Counted from the first letter of the stretch, positions 20,761-31,681 are shown. The stretch: 64,000 nucleotides of DNA from an uncultured Candidatus Saccharibacteria bacterium (GCA_964503795.1 CAZDBT010000001.1:4518-68517), one strand, 5' to 3'. Made by a program: numbers and translations. The notes: generated by a model from the sequence alone, not told the origin.

Positions 20761-22008
20761 TTAAAATTTGTAAGGGAGGGGGAACTTTTTGCAGAGCTTT
20801 TGAACTTCGGCCAAAACATTCTCCTTCTTTATTAAGGATCGCCAGATCAGATCCGCCACGATCTTCATTTCTTTTTCTTTCATTCCCCTGGTAGTCAACG
20901 CCGGAGTTCCCATCCGCAATCCGCTCGGTTTTAGTGGCGAGGGATCGCCCGGAATGGAATTCCGGTTGGCGTTTATATTACTGGCTTCCAAGGCCTTTTC
21001 GGCAGTCTTCCCATCGATCTCCGAGCCTCGTAGATCAACCACTAGAAGATGATTGTCGGTACCGCCGGTCAGCAATTTAAATCCCAGCTTCATTAAAGAT
21101 TCAGCCAGTTTTTTAGAATTCTTCAGGGTCTGCTCCTGATATTTTTTAAATTCCGGCTGACTCGCCTCCCAGAACATCAACGCCCGAGCGGCAGTAGAAT
21201 TATTGTGTGGCCCGCCCTGCATTCCGGGAAAAACCGCCTTATCAATAGCATCGGAAATCAGCAGGTCGGATTTTTCACTTTTCACTTTCAACTTTTTACT
21301 ATAAATAACCGCTCCGCGGGGACCGCGCAGGGTTTTGTGGGTCGTGGTCATCACCACGTCGGCGTAAGGAAACGGGGAGGGATGCAGGTCAGCCAGCACC
21401 AAACCGGCAATGTGGGAAATATCGGCCAGGTGATAGGCGCCGACTCCCTCGGCGATCGCGCCGATCTTCTGGAAATCAATCTTCCGCGGATAAGCCGTTA
21501 GACCAGAAACGATCACTTTTGGCTTGTTGGCCCTAGCCAACTTTTCCAGCTCCGCATAGTTGATCAATCCGGTTTTCTCATCCACGCCATAATGCACGAC
21601 TTTGTAGGCTTTGCCGGAAAAATTAACTTTATGTCCGTGAGTAAGATGACCGCCGGCGTCTAAACGCAAACCCATCAGGGTATCGCCGAACTCCATCAGA
21701 GCGGAGTAAATTTCCAGATTGGCCGGCGAACCGGAATAAGGCTGAACATTCACTGACCACTCATCGGCGTTCAGGCCAAAAACTTCCAAGCCTCTCTGCT
21801 GGGCCAATTTTTCTATCTCGTCATAATAAAAATTTCCGGGATAATATCTTTTGCCAGGATAACCCTCCGAATATTTATTGGCTAACGGGGACCCCATTAG
21901 CTCCAAGATCTCCGACGATGCATAATTTTCCGACGGGATCAGATCCAAAGTTTCGTTTTGCCGCTTGATCTCGGCTTTAACCAAATTATTTAAAATCTTA
22001 TCGGTCAT
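20761..22008 (-). CDS. glyA: Serine hydroxymethyltransferase
   Basis: LIPSEN, NKYSEGYPGKRYY, GGHLTHG, TTTHKTLRGPRG. Confidence 0.97.
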   Translation of the reverse strand: MTDKILNNLVKAEIKRQNETLDLIPSENYASSEILELMGSPLANKYSEGYPGKRYYPGNFYYDEIEKLAQQRGLEVFGLNADEWSVNVQPYSGSPANLEIYSALMEFGDTLMGLRLDAGGHLTHGHKVNFSGKAYKVVHYGVDEKTGLINYAELEKLARANKPKVIVSGLTAYPRKIDFQKIGAIAEGVGAYHLADISHIAGLVLADLHPSPFPYADVVMTTTHKTLRGPRGAVIYSKKLKVKSEKSDLLISDAIDKAVFPGMQGGPHNNSTAARALMFWEASQPEFKKYQEQTLKNSKKLAESLMKLGFKLLTGGTDNHLLVVDLRGSEIDGKTAEKALEASNINANRNSIPGDPSPLKPSGLRMGTPALTTRGMKEKEMKIVADLIWRSLIKKENVLAEVQKLCKKFPLPYKF

Positions 22009-22687
22009 TTTTTAATACGAAATAAGTATAGCGGCCGAACCACTGATTTGCCGGCAATAACCTCCAAAAAGCTTTCCGGCGATTCAGAAAACGGTATTTG
22101 AACTCCGGCTTGGCATAACCCAGTTCCAGCAATCTGAAATTGTTCAAAAAAGCTTTTTTAAATGTCGCTTTAGTGAAAAAGGTGATGTGATTATCGCTCT
22201 CCAACCAATGATACAAATTTCCACGGAATAAAAATAGCAACCGATTCAAAATATGGAAGGGGTTGGGCATGGAAACAATAAAGATCCCTCCCGGCTTGAG
22301 AACCCGGCTCACTTCTCTGATGAAATAATAGGGGTTTTCCAGATGCTCCACGGTCTGCAGAGAAACCACCGCATCAAAAGAATGATCGGGCCAGGGAATT
22401 GGCTGCAGACAAACATCTCCGGTCTTGAAATCAAATTTTTTGGCCTCCGGCTGCCGGTAATCGTCAATGTCCAAGCCGCTTATATTAGCGTAACCGGCCT
22501 GGGATAGCTGTAACAAAAAACCTCCGCTCGCGGAAGCGCAATCCAAGATCGCGCTCGCGGTATTGGGCGTATATCGCCTCACTAGACCCAAAGCCCGGCC
22601 ACTGCGGATATCCCAGCTGGCATGCTGCTGAAGCCCGGAGAGTTCCGGGCGTGAATTTTTTATTTCTTCCGGAGTTAAATATTTCAT
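21998..22687 (-). CDS. Class I SAM-dependent methyltransferase
   Basis: FDAVVSLQTVEHL, RVLKPGG, SMPN. Confidence 0.85.
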   Translation of the reverse strand: MKYLTPEEIKNSRPELSGLQQHASWDIRSGRALGLVRRYTPNTASAILDCASASGGFLLQLSQAGYANISGLDIDDYRQPEAKKFDFKTGDVCLQPIPWPDHSFDAVVSLQTVEHLENPYYFIREVSRVLKPGGIFIVSMPNPFHILNRLLFLFRGNLYHWLESDNHITFFTKATFKKAFLNNFRLLELGYAKPEFKYRFLNRRKAFWRLLPANQWFGRYTYFVLKNDR

Positions 22688-22795
22688 CCCGTTAGAAATA
22701 TTGACCCAATAATGGCCTAGGGCTAAATATTGATTTCCTTTGGATAATTATCATATTTTCTTTATAACTGTGTTGGGTAGAATTTCTAACGGGAT
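22686..22795. mobile_element. MITE/REP-like element with 14-bp terminal inverted repeats
   Basis: ATCCCGTTAGAAAT (22686-22699) and ATTTCTAACGGGAT (22782-22795) are perfect inverted repeats enclosing 82 AT-rich non-coding bp. Confidence 0.6.
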
Positions 22796-22796
22796 T

Positions 22797-24140
22797 TCAT
22801 AGATTTTTCATAACCAGGTCCGCCAGCCGGGCGCCCGAACGGCCATCAAGACCTGGGCAGAAACTCTCGGCAAGCCCGCGACGGGCATCTCTGCCGATCT
22901 CGGGATGCGCCAGATCTTCTTTAATATACTCTAGCAGTTCTTCGCTATTCCGCGCGATCTTAATGCCTCCGGTCCGGATCGCCGATTCCTGGTGCTCATA
23001 ATCGTAATAACGGCTCAATCTCTGCCAATAGGGCTTAACTTTAGCGCCGTCAAAGCCGATCAATACCGTCGGTTTACCAAAAACTGCCGCGTCCAAAATT
23101 ACACTGGATGGGCCGGTGACCACTAGATCACTATGATAGAGCAGGTCGGCGAAATGAGCGTCATCGTGCCGACTCAACAAAGACTCCTCAAGGCGCGCGG
23201 CATTGCCGGGCCGGTCGAAAACGATATATGGCGGGGCCACAAAATCACCGACGTTCAGCTCTCCGAAAATAGGAAAGCGCACCACTACCTGTTCGCCCGC
23301 GCGGGCAATAGTTTTCAACAGATAAGGATTCAAGGATCTATCGCCGGTCCAAATATCGCTGGGCGGGGCGAAGAATATCAGCTTACGGGTGGGATCGAGC
23401 TTGATCTTCTGAAAAAGATCTTTTCTGGAAATCCGGACGCCGGTAATATAGGCATCGTAATGCGGAACACCCACCACCACTATCCGGTCGGTCGGAACGC
23501 TATGATAAGCAACGGCTTGGCTTTTTATATCCTCGGTTTGGACGGCCAGAATGTCGGGCAGGGTCCTCAATAAACCTTTGGTAGTCATGCTGTCCCAAGA
23601 GCGAGACATACCCACACTAAAAATTCCCCGGCGGCGCGCCGCTCTTATCAAAGCCGCGTCGCTGGATTCCTGGACTCGCAGATCCTGGATATCGGTGGCC
23701 AGAACCGCAGCGGGGCGATAGCGATCAAATAAGTCCTCAAACCCCCCGCTAGAAACCAGTCGGTAATCCAAATACCGGAATATCTTCCTGATCACCGGCC
23801 AGCCGCCCAACCCATTCAGGAATGCGGTCAAAAAATACCAAAAATAATTATGGTCTTTTCTCAATCGAACCAGCCGATGGATCTTTTTGCTGCGCGTGCG
23901 CAACAGATTCCAGGATAAAAGATGGAAGAGAAGGTTGATCTTAGCCATTGGCCGAATCGGCACTTCTTCCACTATGATATTGGGACCGCCGAATTCCTTG
24001 CGGAAGAAATCGCCATTCTTTTCGGGCGCCAGTAAAACTATCCGCAGATCCCGACGGCCGCGTAAGATCCTGAAGAACTCCGTTTCTAAAATGTTACGGA
24101 CCGCCAAATTAAAGAAACAGGTTATGAAAATAGTCTTCAT
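22797..24140 (-). CDS. GT-B fold transferase (CDP-glycerol:glycerophosphate transferase-like; possible nonulosonate transferase)
   Basis: SWD..TTKG, VGVPHYD, SDLVVT..SSVILDAAVFGKP, DGRSGARL. Confidence 0.65.
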   Translation of the reverse strand: MKTIFITCFFNLAVRNILETEFFRILRGRRDLRIVLLAPEKNGDFFRKEFGGPNIIVEEVPIRPMAKINLLFHLLSWNLLRTRSKKIHRLVRLRKDHNYFWYFLTAFLNGLGGWPVIRKIFRYLDYRLVSSGGFEDLFDRYRPAAVLATDIQDLRVQESSDAALIRAARRRGIFSVGMSRSWDSMTTKGLLRTLPDILAVQTEDIKSQAVAYHSVPTDRIVVVGVPHYDAYITGVRISRKDLFQKIKLDPTRKLIFFAPPSDIWTGDRSLNPYLLKTIARAGEQVVVRFPIFGELNVGDFVAPPYIVFDRPGNAARLEESLLSRHDDAHFADLLYHSDLVVTGPSSVILDAAVFGKPTVLIGFDGAKVKPYWQRLSRYYDYEHQESAIRTGGIKIARNSEELLEYIKEDLAHPEIGRDARRGLAESFCPGLDGRSGARLADLVMKNL

Positions 24141-24153
24141 ATAAGAATAGGAT

Positions 24154-25554
24154 TCATAGGTTTGGGGCCTCGGGAGGCGAGCTGCGCCAAAAGAAAATTC
24201 TGGCGATCATTTTGCGCAGGAAATCTCGGTCAGCGCGGTCAAATTTTATAAAATTTTTGAACTTCATCTTAAATTCCGGACGCGCCTTAACCAGGCTGGT
24301 ATAGAAATAGTAGACCCGTTCAATGTAAACAAAAGTATAAACGAGTCCCGCGCCCAGAATTCCGAAGATCGGCAAGAGGATCACCGATCCCAAGGGAGTC
24401 ATCAGAGTTTCATTGATGATCCGCATGGTCAAGATCCGGTACTCCCTAAGAACCGAGAGCAGGGCTTTCAAGATCTTATAGAAACCATAGATCGGCATAG
24501 CCAGAAGCATCAACCGAAAAAGCGGTAGGGCGGGCGCGTACTTGGGGAATAAGAAAACAACGACCGGCGGCACCGCCACCAGCCCGACGATCGTCAGCAA
24601 CACTCCCAACCAGAAAGAATACTTAACCGTCCGCTGGAAAATAAAACCCAGTTCTTCCTTAGCGTCCGCCTTGAGCATAAAAATCGGGGAAAGTCCGTCC
24701 AGCGGAACGGCATTCTGTATAAAAGTTATGAGATTGACCGCCAGAGAATAGAAACCAACCGCCTCGGTATTAACGAAGAATTTTATGAAAAATGGGGCGG
24801 TGTTTTTGGATATCTTCGAGGCGCCGTAACGAATGGCCGCCCATTTTCCGTAACCGCTGAAGACTTTTCCGATCAAATGATCGGCCTGTGGCGCGACCTT
24901 ACCGAAAACGATCCAATATTTTCTCACTACCAACAATAGCCCCAATGCTAGAACCGAGATCGCCTCGGCGGAAACGTGAGCGATGATCACCTGAAGAATT
25001 GTAAATTGATTAGACAGCAGAAAAACAATTATGAAGGCCAGCTTAGCCACTTCCCGGATCGCCCCCAGGCTCCAATGGGCGAACGAGATGACGGATTTAA
25101 GAAACATGGTCTCCAAAGCCTGGATGGCGCCCGTTATCAGCAGCAATCCGGAGATCTTTATAAAAAGGGCGATGTCTTCTCCGTAAAATCCGGAAATTAT
25201 ATGCGCCCCCAGAAAGATTATCAGCGCCGAAAGGAGCGCAATGGGGATCTTGATCATGGCGCTGTCTAAAAATAGCCGCTTAGCGGCGGCTGGATTTTTA
25301 ACGTTGAAGTAACGCCGCATCTCCACGATGACGACGCCATCCACGAATTCCAAATTGAAATTGTCCAAAAGGTTAATGAAAGCCAACACCAGCTGATAAG
25401 AGCCGAATTGGAAGACGCTAAGAGTGTGGATGATGAAATAAGAATTCACCAGACCGAAAACCATCGCTATGTTGTCAAAAAATTTCTTAAGAAACTCGCT
25501 TTTCGCGAAATAGTGGAATAGAGGGTTTTTCTGGTCTTTGAGATCAACGATCAT
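24154..25554 (-). CDS. Wzx-like polysaccharide flippase
   Basis: ~12 TM segments, FGSYQL, VGFYSLA motifs. Confidence 0.8.
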   Translation of the reverse strand: MIVDLKDQKNPLFHYFAKSEFLKKFFDNIAMVFGLVNSYFIIHTLSVFQFGSYQLVLAFINLLDNFNLEFVDGVVIVEMRRYFNVKNPAAAKRLFLDSAMIKIPIALLSALIIFLGAHIISGFYGEDIALFIKISGLLLITGAIQALETMFLKSVISFAHWSLGAIREVAKLAFIIVFLLSNQFTILQVIIAHVSAEAISVLALGLLLVVRKYWIVFGKVAPQADHLIGKVFSGYGKWAAIRYGASKISKNTAPFFIKFFVNTEAVGFYSLAVNLITFIQNAVPLDGLSPIFMLKADAKEELGFIFQRTVKYSFWLGVLLTIVGLVAVPPVVVFLFPKYAPALPLFRLMLLAMPIYGFYKILKALLSVLREYRILTMRIINETLMTPLGSVILLPIFGILGAGLVYTFVYIERVYYFYTSLVKARPEFKMKFKNFIKFDRADRDFLRKMIARIFFWRSSPPEAPNL

Positions 25555-25555
25555 T

Positions 25556-26623
25556 TTAGGTAGAGAGGATGGCCTTATTCAGCTTATCCATTAAATCATT
25601 TAATCCGTGCTTGGCAATGATCAGCTCGCGCAAAGCTGCGCCGATCTCCCGCCGTTCCTCTTCCGATAAATTAACGAGTTCCGATATCCGGGCCGCCAAA
25701 GCGCCGGCATCGTTCTCCAGAAACATCAGCCGGTCCTGTAATTTCGGCGGCAGGATCTCCCTGAAAGCCAGATTGCTCACCAGCACCGGCAAACCGCATG
25801 CCATTGCTTCCAGCGTGCTCTTATCAAAACTGCCGGTAACGGTGAGATTCACGAATAGATCGTGCTGATTATAGATGGACGGTGTTTGAAAGTTAGGAAC
25901 GGGGGGGTGGAATCTGATCTTGGAGGCTATAACCGGATCTCCGGCCAGTTTTTTTATCTGCTCAAAGTAGGCCGCTTCCGAGTTTTTGCCGGGCGTCGGG
26001 CCGCCGACCACCGATAACTCTATGGCCGACCGGGAGGCGGCCATTTGAAAAGCTCGGATCAGCACATCTAGGTTCTTGACCGGAGAAATTCTCCCCAAAA
26101 AAAGAATTTTTAACGGCGGCTGGCCAGCTTTAAAACGATGCTCGATCGGCCGGAACAGGTCGGTGTCTATGCCCTGTTGAAGCACTAATAATTTTTTGCT
26201 TGGAAAAGGAAAAGCCCGTCGGGTAGAAGTTACAAGACGATCGGCCAACATAGCCGCCAGACGAATTTTCCAGTTAGAAATATAGTGAGCATACCACAAA
26301 ATGATTTTCTTTCCGGTTAACCTCCAAAATATCCCACCAAGCAGCACATATTCGGGATTCATATGAACGAATACCCGGTCGTACTCTTTCCGTAATTTCC
26401 AGATCAGACCTAAAAAACGAAAAATGAACCGGATCCGTGTCCGGCCCGATTCCTTGCCCAAAGAATAAACTGTAACATTGGCCGGCAATTCGGTTTTGCC
26501 CTGATACAGGCAAACAACCGTCACTTTTTCGCAGCGCTTGGCTTGGCCTTCTATCCAGCGATGATAAACTCCCAACACATCATCGTTTTTGTCCGCTTTT
26601 TGGGTGATGAATAATAACTTCAT
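25556..26623 (-). CDS. GT4 glycosyltransferase
   Basis: GRISPVKN, GSFDKSTLEAMACG. Confidence 0.9.
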   Translation of the reverse strand: MKLLFITQKADKNDDVLGVYHRWIEGQAKRCEKVTVVCLYQGKTELPANVTVYSLGKESGRTRIRFIFRFLGLIWKLRKEYDRVFVHMNPEYVLLGGIFWRLTGKKIILWYAHYISNWKIRLAAMLADRLVTSTRRAFPFPSKKLLVLQQGIDTDLFRPIEHRFKAGQPPLKILFLGRISPVKNLDVLIRAFQMAASRSAIELSVVGGPTPGKNSEAAYFEQIKKLAGDPVIASKIRFHPPVPNFQTPSIYNQHDLFVNLTVTGSFDKSTLEAMACGLPVLVSNLAFREILPPKLQDRLMFLENDAGALAARISELVNLSEEERREIGAALRELIIAKHGLNDLMDKLNKAILST

Positions 26624-26626
26624 AAG

Positions 26627-27685
26627 TTAGAAAGTTAAACTTTTCTTAAATTGATCAAAGTATTGCTCCTTGGTTGGCCAATTTTTAAAAAATTCATTTT
26701 GTTGTTCAACCAACTTTTTTCTCTTTTCCGGGCTCCGGATCAATTCTTCAATGATCGCGACCGCCTTTTCTTTATCGCCGACCGGGAAAATAGCTCCCAA
26801 CGCCACGCCAACATCGGTCATCACCACTGGCACCACGGCAGCAGCAGCCTCCACTGCAACCATCCCATAACCCTCATAATTTGAGGTTAGTAAAAATAAA
26901 TCAGCAGCTTTATAGTATCGGGCTTTCAAATCCTGATTATCCAAGGCCTCATCTAGCCACTCAGCGCCAACGTCGTTTCTACCATACCCAAAATGAAACC
27001 ATTTAACCCGATTCCCTCGTTTCTTTAGCTCGCCGATTATATCATTCGCTAAAGCCATGTTTTTCTCCGGGCCTTTCCGCGCCACAGTTAATATCAAAAA
27101 ATCTTCGCGGGCAATCTTGAGCGCATCGCGAGATACAGGAGAGGCCAATCTGAAAGTCTCCTTGTCCACAAAGATCGGTAGCACGGCAATCTTACTTTCT
27201 AATTTGGCATCGAGAACAACTAAGGATTTTTTGATGCGCTCCGAAACAACTCGAATCCGATCCGCTTTCCGGACAATTTTTTTTGCGATTACAACTCGCA
27301 ATCGGTTTTTCAAAGATGCCCGGCCAAAATATGAGCTCATAAAATCAGTGTGAATTTGGACCTGGAAAGGGATCCGGAGGGTTTTTTTCAGCCGATAGGC
27401 CACCCAGCCGGTTTCAAATGGATCCTGCGATGAGACCACCCAGCCGCCGCCATCCCCCATTACTTTCCGGCCCAATCGAATCGCGCGCGCGAAATATCCC
27501 ATCCGGAACCGATTGTTGGTCGGGAGAATCGAGACATTACCGATCTCTTCTTTTATTTTTCCCGGTCGCGTATAAACCACGACGCAGAGCTCTTCAAATA
27601 ATTTCCCGTATTCTAAAATTCTAGCGCGCGCCGGGCTCGCTTCGTTGAATATCTGGGAGTCGGTTGATAATAATAGAACTTTCAT
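26627..27685 (-). CDS. GT4 glycosyltransferase
   Basis: SNYEGYGMVAVEAAA..VPVVMTDVG. Confidence 0.88.
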   Translation of the reverse strand: MKVLLLSTDSQIFNEASPARARILEYGKLFEELCVVVYTRPGKIKEEIGNVSILPTNNRFRMGYFARAIRLGRKVMGDGGGWVVSSQDPFETGWVAYRLKKTLRIPFQVQIHTDFMSSYFGRASLKNRLRVVIAKKIVRKADRIRVVSERIKKSLVVLDAKLESKIAVLPIFVDKETFRLASPVSRDALKIAREDFLILTVARKGPEKNMALANDIIGELKKRGNRVKWFHFGYGRNDVGAEWLDEALDNQDLKARYYKAADLFLLTSNYEGYGMVAVEAAAAVVPVVMTDVGVALGAIFPVGDKEKAVAIIEELIRSPEKRKKLVEQQNEFFKNWPTKEQYFDQFKKSLTF

Positions 27686-27692
27686 TATTTCT

Positions 27693-28331
27693 TTATTTCT
27701 TTAATACAAAAAACCGGTGGTAATGATCCAGTACCGGGCTGATCTCTTTTTCTATACGGAAAAATTTACGGATAGTTCCTCTAACCTTGCTTAGGGGAGT
27801 TTTAAAAAGATCTATCTCCCAATAATGCTGGCCGGAAACCTTGATGCCGCCGAAGGGCAATGGAATCCGGAAATGAATGTCCAAAAACAACCGGCGAAAA
27901 ATTGTCCGGACGAACGGAAACTTCAAAACCATTTCAAAGTAGGTGGACTTATAGGGAACGGAAATGAGAACCCGGCCGCCGGAGACTCGTTTCAATTCCG
28001 CCAGCGCCACCTCCACGTCCGCGAACGGCAGATGCTCTAAAACCTCAAAAGCCGTAACCAGATCAAAACTGTTATCCGGAAAAGGCAATTTGCGGATATC
28101 GGCTACCACATCGGGGCCCAGGTCTTTATCAAAATCACAAGTGGTGACCTGATAGCCCAACTTCTTCAGATAGTCCGAAAAAAATCCATTGCCCTTGCCG
28201 ATCTCTAAAATCTTGGCCCCCGCCTCAACCGCTTCCTGCGAAAGATCTATCTGATAGAAATAGGAAATAAAACGATCCAGGGTATCGTATTTTTTCCGGA
28301 AATAATGGTCTTTTTTAACCTGTATGTTCAT
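27693..28331 (-). CDS. Class I SAM-dependent methyltransferase
   Basis: ILEIGKGNG, LPFPDNSFD, EVLEHLP. Confidence 0.88.
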   Translation of the reverse strand: MNIQVKKDHYFRKKYDTLDRFISYFYQIDLSQEAVEAGAKILEIGKGNGFFSDYLKKLGYQVTTCDFDKDLGPDVVADIRKLPFPDNSFDLVTAFEVLEHLPFADVEVALAELKRVSGGRVLISVPYKSTYFEMVLKFPFVRTIFRRLFLDIHFRIPLPFGGIKVSGQHYWEIDLFKTPLSKVRGTIRKFFRIEKEISPVLDHYHRFFVLKK

Positions 28332-29400
28332 TGATTAGTTTTACTAGATTATCCACGGTGCGTTCGATGGTGAAATTCTTTGCTTTGTCTCGCGCGGCCA
28401 ACGCAACATGATTACTAAAATTGCTATCTATCTGCATCCTATTTATGGCTGCGAGGATCTGCTCCTTGTTGTTCGGCTCTATCAAGATGCCCTCTTTGCC
28501 GCTTTCTATCAACTCAGGAATACTTCCTATATTGGTAGCAATTACCGGCAAGCCGGCGTTCATTGCCTCAGCGACCGCAAAAGAAAAACTTTCGAAAGCG
28601 GTATTCAAAATGAACAATCCCGCATTGGGCAGGTATTCTTTTAGCATCACTTCACGACTAACATCTCCGGGCAATTCAACGCGATCCTCAAGTTTGAGTT
28701 CCTTGATGATGTTAACTAGCCTGCCTCGATCTGGTCCGTCACCGATAATGACTAGCCGGGAACCGACAAGCTCGGGTTCAGTCATCAAGTGAATTAGAAA
28801 ATCAAAGCCCTTCCAGGGCACAAGACGCCCCACCGATATGAACATCTTTGGATCCCTAGCTGTCATAACCACCGGATCAAATTTGATCCCATTATAAATC
28901 GTTTTCACCCTGTCAGGATTTTTTATCCAACCGCCAACGAGTTTCCGAAAATAGTTGCTTGGCGTGATCACCAGATCCGCGCGACCGACAACGAACCGTT
29001 GGATCGCCCGCAATAACCCGACTCGCCAACCGTATCTTTTATGCTGGAAATCATCTATCGTATCGCCCACGCCGAAACGTTGCGCCGATTGTTCCCAAGC
29101 ATAATCTCCCGCGACGCGAATAAAAAATCTCTTGCCCCGTAGTCGCGCGGCGATCAACGCCGGCAAACCAACGCTCACCGGATCTTGCGCGTAAACGACG
29201 TCGCAATTTTTAGCCTTCCAAAAACAGTCCCACAGATACAAACAATGCCGGATCAACTTCGGCTTCTTCCGATATTCCGTAAAGGCCAGATGATCAACCA
29301 CAAAGCCGCGGCTTGGAAGCTCTTTTTCCATAAGAACCGTGTAAGTGGCCGGACCGCCAATATCCGGAGGATATATTCCGGTAGCAATTAGGATTCGCAT
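28315..29400 (-). CDS. GT4 glycosyltransferase
   Basis: YPPDIGGPA, GRLVPWKG, EAMNAGLPVI. Confidence 0.9.
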   Translation of the reverse strand: MRILIATGIYPPDIGGPATYTVLMEKELPSRGFVVDHLAFTEYRKKPKLIRHCLYLWDCFWKAKNCDVVYAQDPVSVGLPALIAARLRGKRFFIRVAGDYAWEQSAQRFGVGDTIDDFQHKRYGWRVGLLRAIQRFVVGRADLVITPSNYFRKLVGGWIKNPDRVKTIYNGIKFDPVVMTARDPKMFISVGRLVPWKGFDFLIHLMTEPELVGSRLVIIGDGPDRGRLVNIIKELKLEDRVELPGDVSREVMLKEYLPNAGLFILNTAFESFSFAVAEAMNAGLPVIATNIGSIPELIESGKEGILIEPNNKEQILAAINRMQIDSNFSNHVALAARDKAKNFTIERTVDNLVKLINEHTG

Positions 29401-30539
29401 AATTTTTGGAAAATATTCCTCATTTTTGCCGCAACAATATCCCAGGTATATTTTTCGGCGATCAATTTTTTGCCATTCGCGATCAGCTTCTCCCGTAAGT
29501 TCCGGTCGCCGGACAAACGGTCTAGCTTTTCGGCTAGATCCCCGGGGTCATCCACTTTAGCGAATAACCCGGTCTCGCCGTCTTTGAGAAAATCCGGTAT
29601 ACCCCCAACATTAGTGCCGATGATCGGCAGACCGATCGCCATCGCTTCCAGAAAAGAATTACCCAGACCCTCCGAACGCGACGCCCGCGCAAAGACAGTA
29701 GACCGTAGCAAGTAGGAGGGTATTTGGTCTGGCTCTATATGACCAAGAAACTGCACCTGATCTCCAATGCCCAGATCTTTAGTCAACAATTCAAGTTTTT
29801 GACGTTCCGGTCCGTCGCCCAGGATCAGTAGCTTGTAACTAGCAGTATGTAACAGTGGTAATGACCTGATCAAAATATCAACGCCATTTTTGTACACTAA
29901 TCGTGAGGTGGTGATAATTATATGAGACTTATTGGTCCTATAAGACTTATCGGTCCTATAATTGGCCAAATCTACCCCATTAGGAATAACTTCGATCGGG
30001 CAACGGGCTCCGTGCCGGCGCGCAAAATCCGCCAAAAAATTGCTGATGACCTGAATATAGTCCGCTTTTTTGAATATTTTTTTCCAGAGCGGATAGAAAA
30101 TGCCGACTTTTCCTAAAATATGCTCCTCGGAGTCCCCCTCTTGCAAAGTAAGCAGAAGAGGCACGCTCGGGTGCCGCAGTTTAAATATCAAGGCGGCTAT
30201 TCCCGCGTAAGAAGCCATCACCGCCCAGATCGCCGAAAAAGGCCGCCCGCGATGGATCTTTTCCGCGACCCGGACTGCCTGAAAAATATAAAGGATCTTT
30301 CCGAAAAGTCCTCCGTAGTAACTGCGCGGGGAGTTTTTCCCCCTGCCGATGCGCAAGATCGAACAATTATCAAAAGATTCCGCCGTAGGCCAGCTTCGGT
30401 CAAATTTCTTAGTAAAAACCACAAAGTCACTGGCCGGAGCGCGCGAGATGATCTCTTTAAGGGCGATCTCCGCCCCTCCGATGAACGGCGGATAAGCCAA
30501 ACTAAAAACCCCGATCGCTTGTTTTGACATCCGTCTCAT
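29388..30539 (-). CDS. GT4 glycosyltransferase
   Basis: GGAE, SRLVYKNG, EGLGNSFLEAMA. Confidence 0.9.
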   Translation of the reverse strand: MRRMSKQAIGVFSLAYPPFIGGAEIALKEIISRAPASDFVVFTKKFDRSWPTAESFDNCSILRIGRGKNSPRSYYGGLFGKILYIFQAVRVAEKIHRGRPFSAIWAVMASYAGIAALIFKLRHPSVPLLLTLQEGDSEEHILGKVGIFYPLWKKIFKKADYIQVISNFLADFARRHGARCPIEVIPNGVDLANYRTDKSYRTNKSHIIITTSRLVYKNGVDILIRSLPLLHTASYKLLILGDGPERQKLELLTKDLGIGDQVQFLGHIEPDQIPSYLLRSTVFARASRSEGLGNSFLEAMAIGLPIIGTNVGGIPDFLKDGETGLFAKVDDPGDLAEKLDRLSGDRNLREKLIANGKKLIAEKYTWDIVAAKMRNIFQKLCES

Positions 30540-30571
30540 AGTATCGTATAAATTGTAAAACTTAAAGACTT

Positions 30572-31681
30572 ATGAAGAAGCAAAAAATACTCTACTTGGT
30601 CACTAAAGATGATGTGGGCGGCGCGCAGAAATACGTCGCCGACCTCTCCGGCGGCCTAGATCCCGAGCAATTTGACATCAAGGTGATCACCGGCGGAAAA
30701 GCCGGAGCGCGGTTTTTATCTAATTCCTTTTGGCCTTTCCTGCTGTTCATCAATGACTGGCTGGCGTTGGGAGGATTATTCCTGATCTTCCGGAGAGAGC
30801 GGCCGGCGATAGTCCATCTTAACAGCTCTAAGGCAGGAGTGATCGGCGCTATAGCGGCGAAGCTGGCCGGAGTGCCTAAGGTGGTCTTCACGGCCCATGG
30901 CTGGGTTTTTAATCCGGACAATTACCTAAGCCTCTCCCGACGCTGGACCTATATCGCCTTTCATAAATTCGCCGGCTATTTTCAAAATAAGATCATCAAC
31001 GTTTCCGAATATGACCGCCAGCTGGCGCTAAAATATCACATTGCCGATCCCGCCAAACTGGTCACCATTCACAACGGCCTGGACTGGCAGAATCTGAAAT
31101 TTCTGGATAAAAAAACCGCCCGCAAAGCGCTGGCGACTCTGGCGCGAACCAGATCCGATAATGAAATTTGGATAGGCTCGATCGGCCGACTGGTCGCCGA
31201 AAAAAGTCATGAGGATTTTATTGAGGCCGCCGCCCTGGTAGAAAATCCACAAACCAAGTTTTTTGTTATCGGCGACGGATCTTTAAAAACAAAATTGGAA
31301 CGCCGGATCAAAGCAGTCGGATTAGAGAACCGGTTCTTCCTGATCCAAAACATTTCACCAGCCGCTCCTTATCTGAAGGCCTTTGATCTGTTCCTGCTCT
31401 CCTCGATCAAGGAAGGACTGCCGTACACTTTATTGGAAGCAATGACCGCCCAGCTGCCGATCATCGTCACGCGCGTCGGAGGGATGCCGGAAATAATTTC
31501 CGACCGGGGATTGATAATGCCGCCCCGCGAACCGGAGGAGTTGGCTCGCGCCATCAATCATCTGATCTCCAAACCGGAAGAGGCCAAAAAAATAGCGGCG
31601 GCGGGTAACGAATTTCTCAAAAAGAAACTGGGGATCGAGCAAATGTTGGCCGCCACCAGAGAAATTTATCTTAACGACTAA
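30572..31681 (+). CDS. GT4 glycosyltransferase
   Basis: GGAQKY, HLNSSKAG, TAHGW, EGLPYTLLEAM. Confidence 0.9.
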   Translation: MKKQKILYLVTKDDVGGAQKYVADLSGGLDPEQFDIKVITGGKAGARFLSNSFWPFLLFINDWLALGGLFLIFRRERPAIVHLNSSKAGVIGAIAAKLAGVPKVVFTAHGWVFNPDNYLSLSRRWTYIAFHKFAGYFQNKIINVSEYDRQLALKYHIADPAKLVTIHNGLDWQNLKFLDKKTARKALATLARTRSDNEIWIGSIGRLVAEKSHEDFIEAAALVENPQTKFFVIGDGSLKTKLERRIKAVGLENRFFLIQNISPAAPYLKAFDLFLLSSIKEGLPYTLLEAMTAQLPIIVTRVGGMPEIISDRGLIMPPREPEELARAINHLISKPEEAKKIAAAGNEFLKKKLGIEQMLAATREIYLND

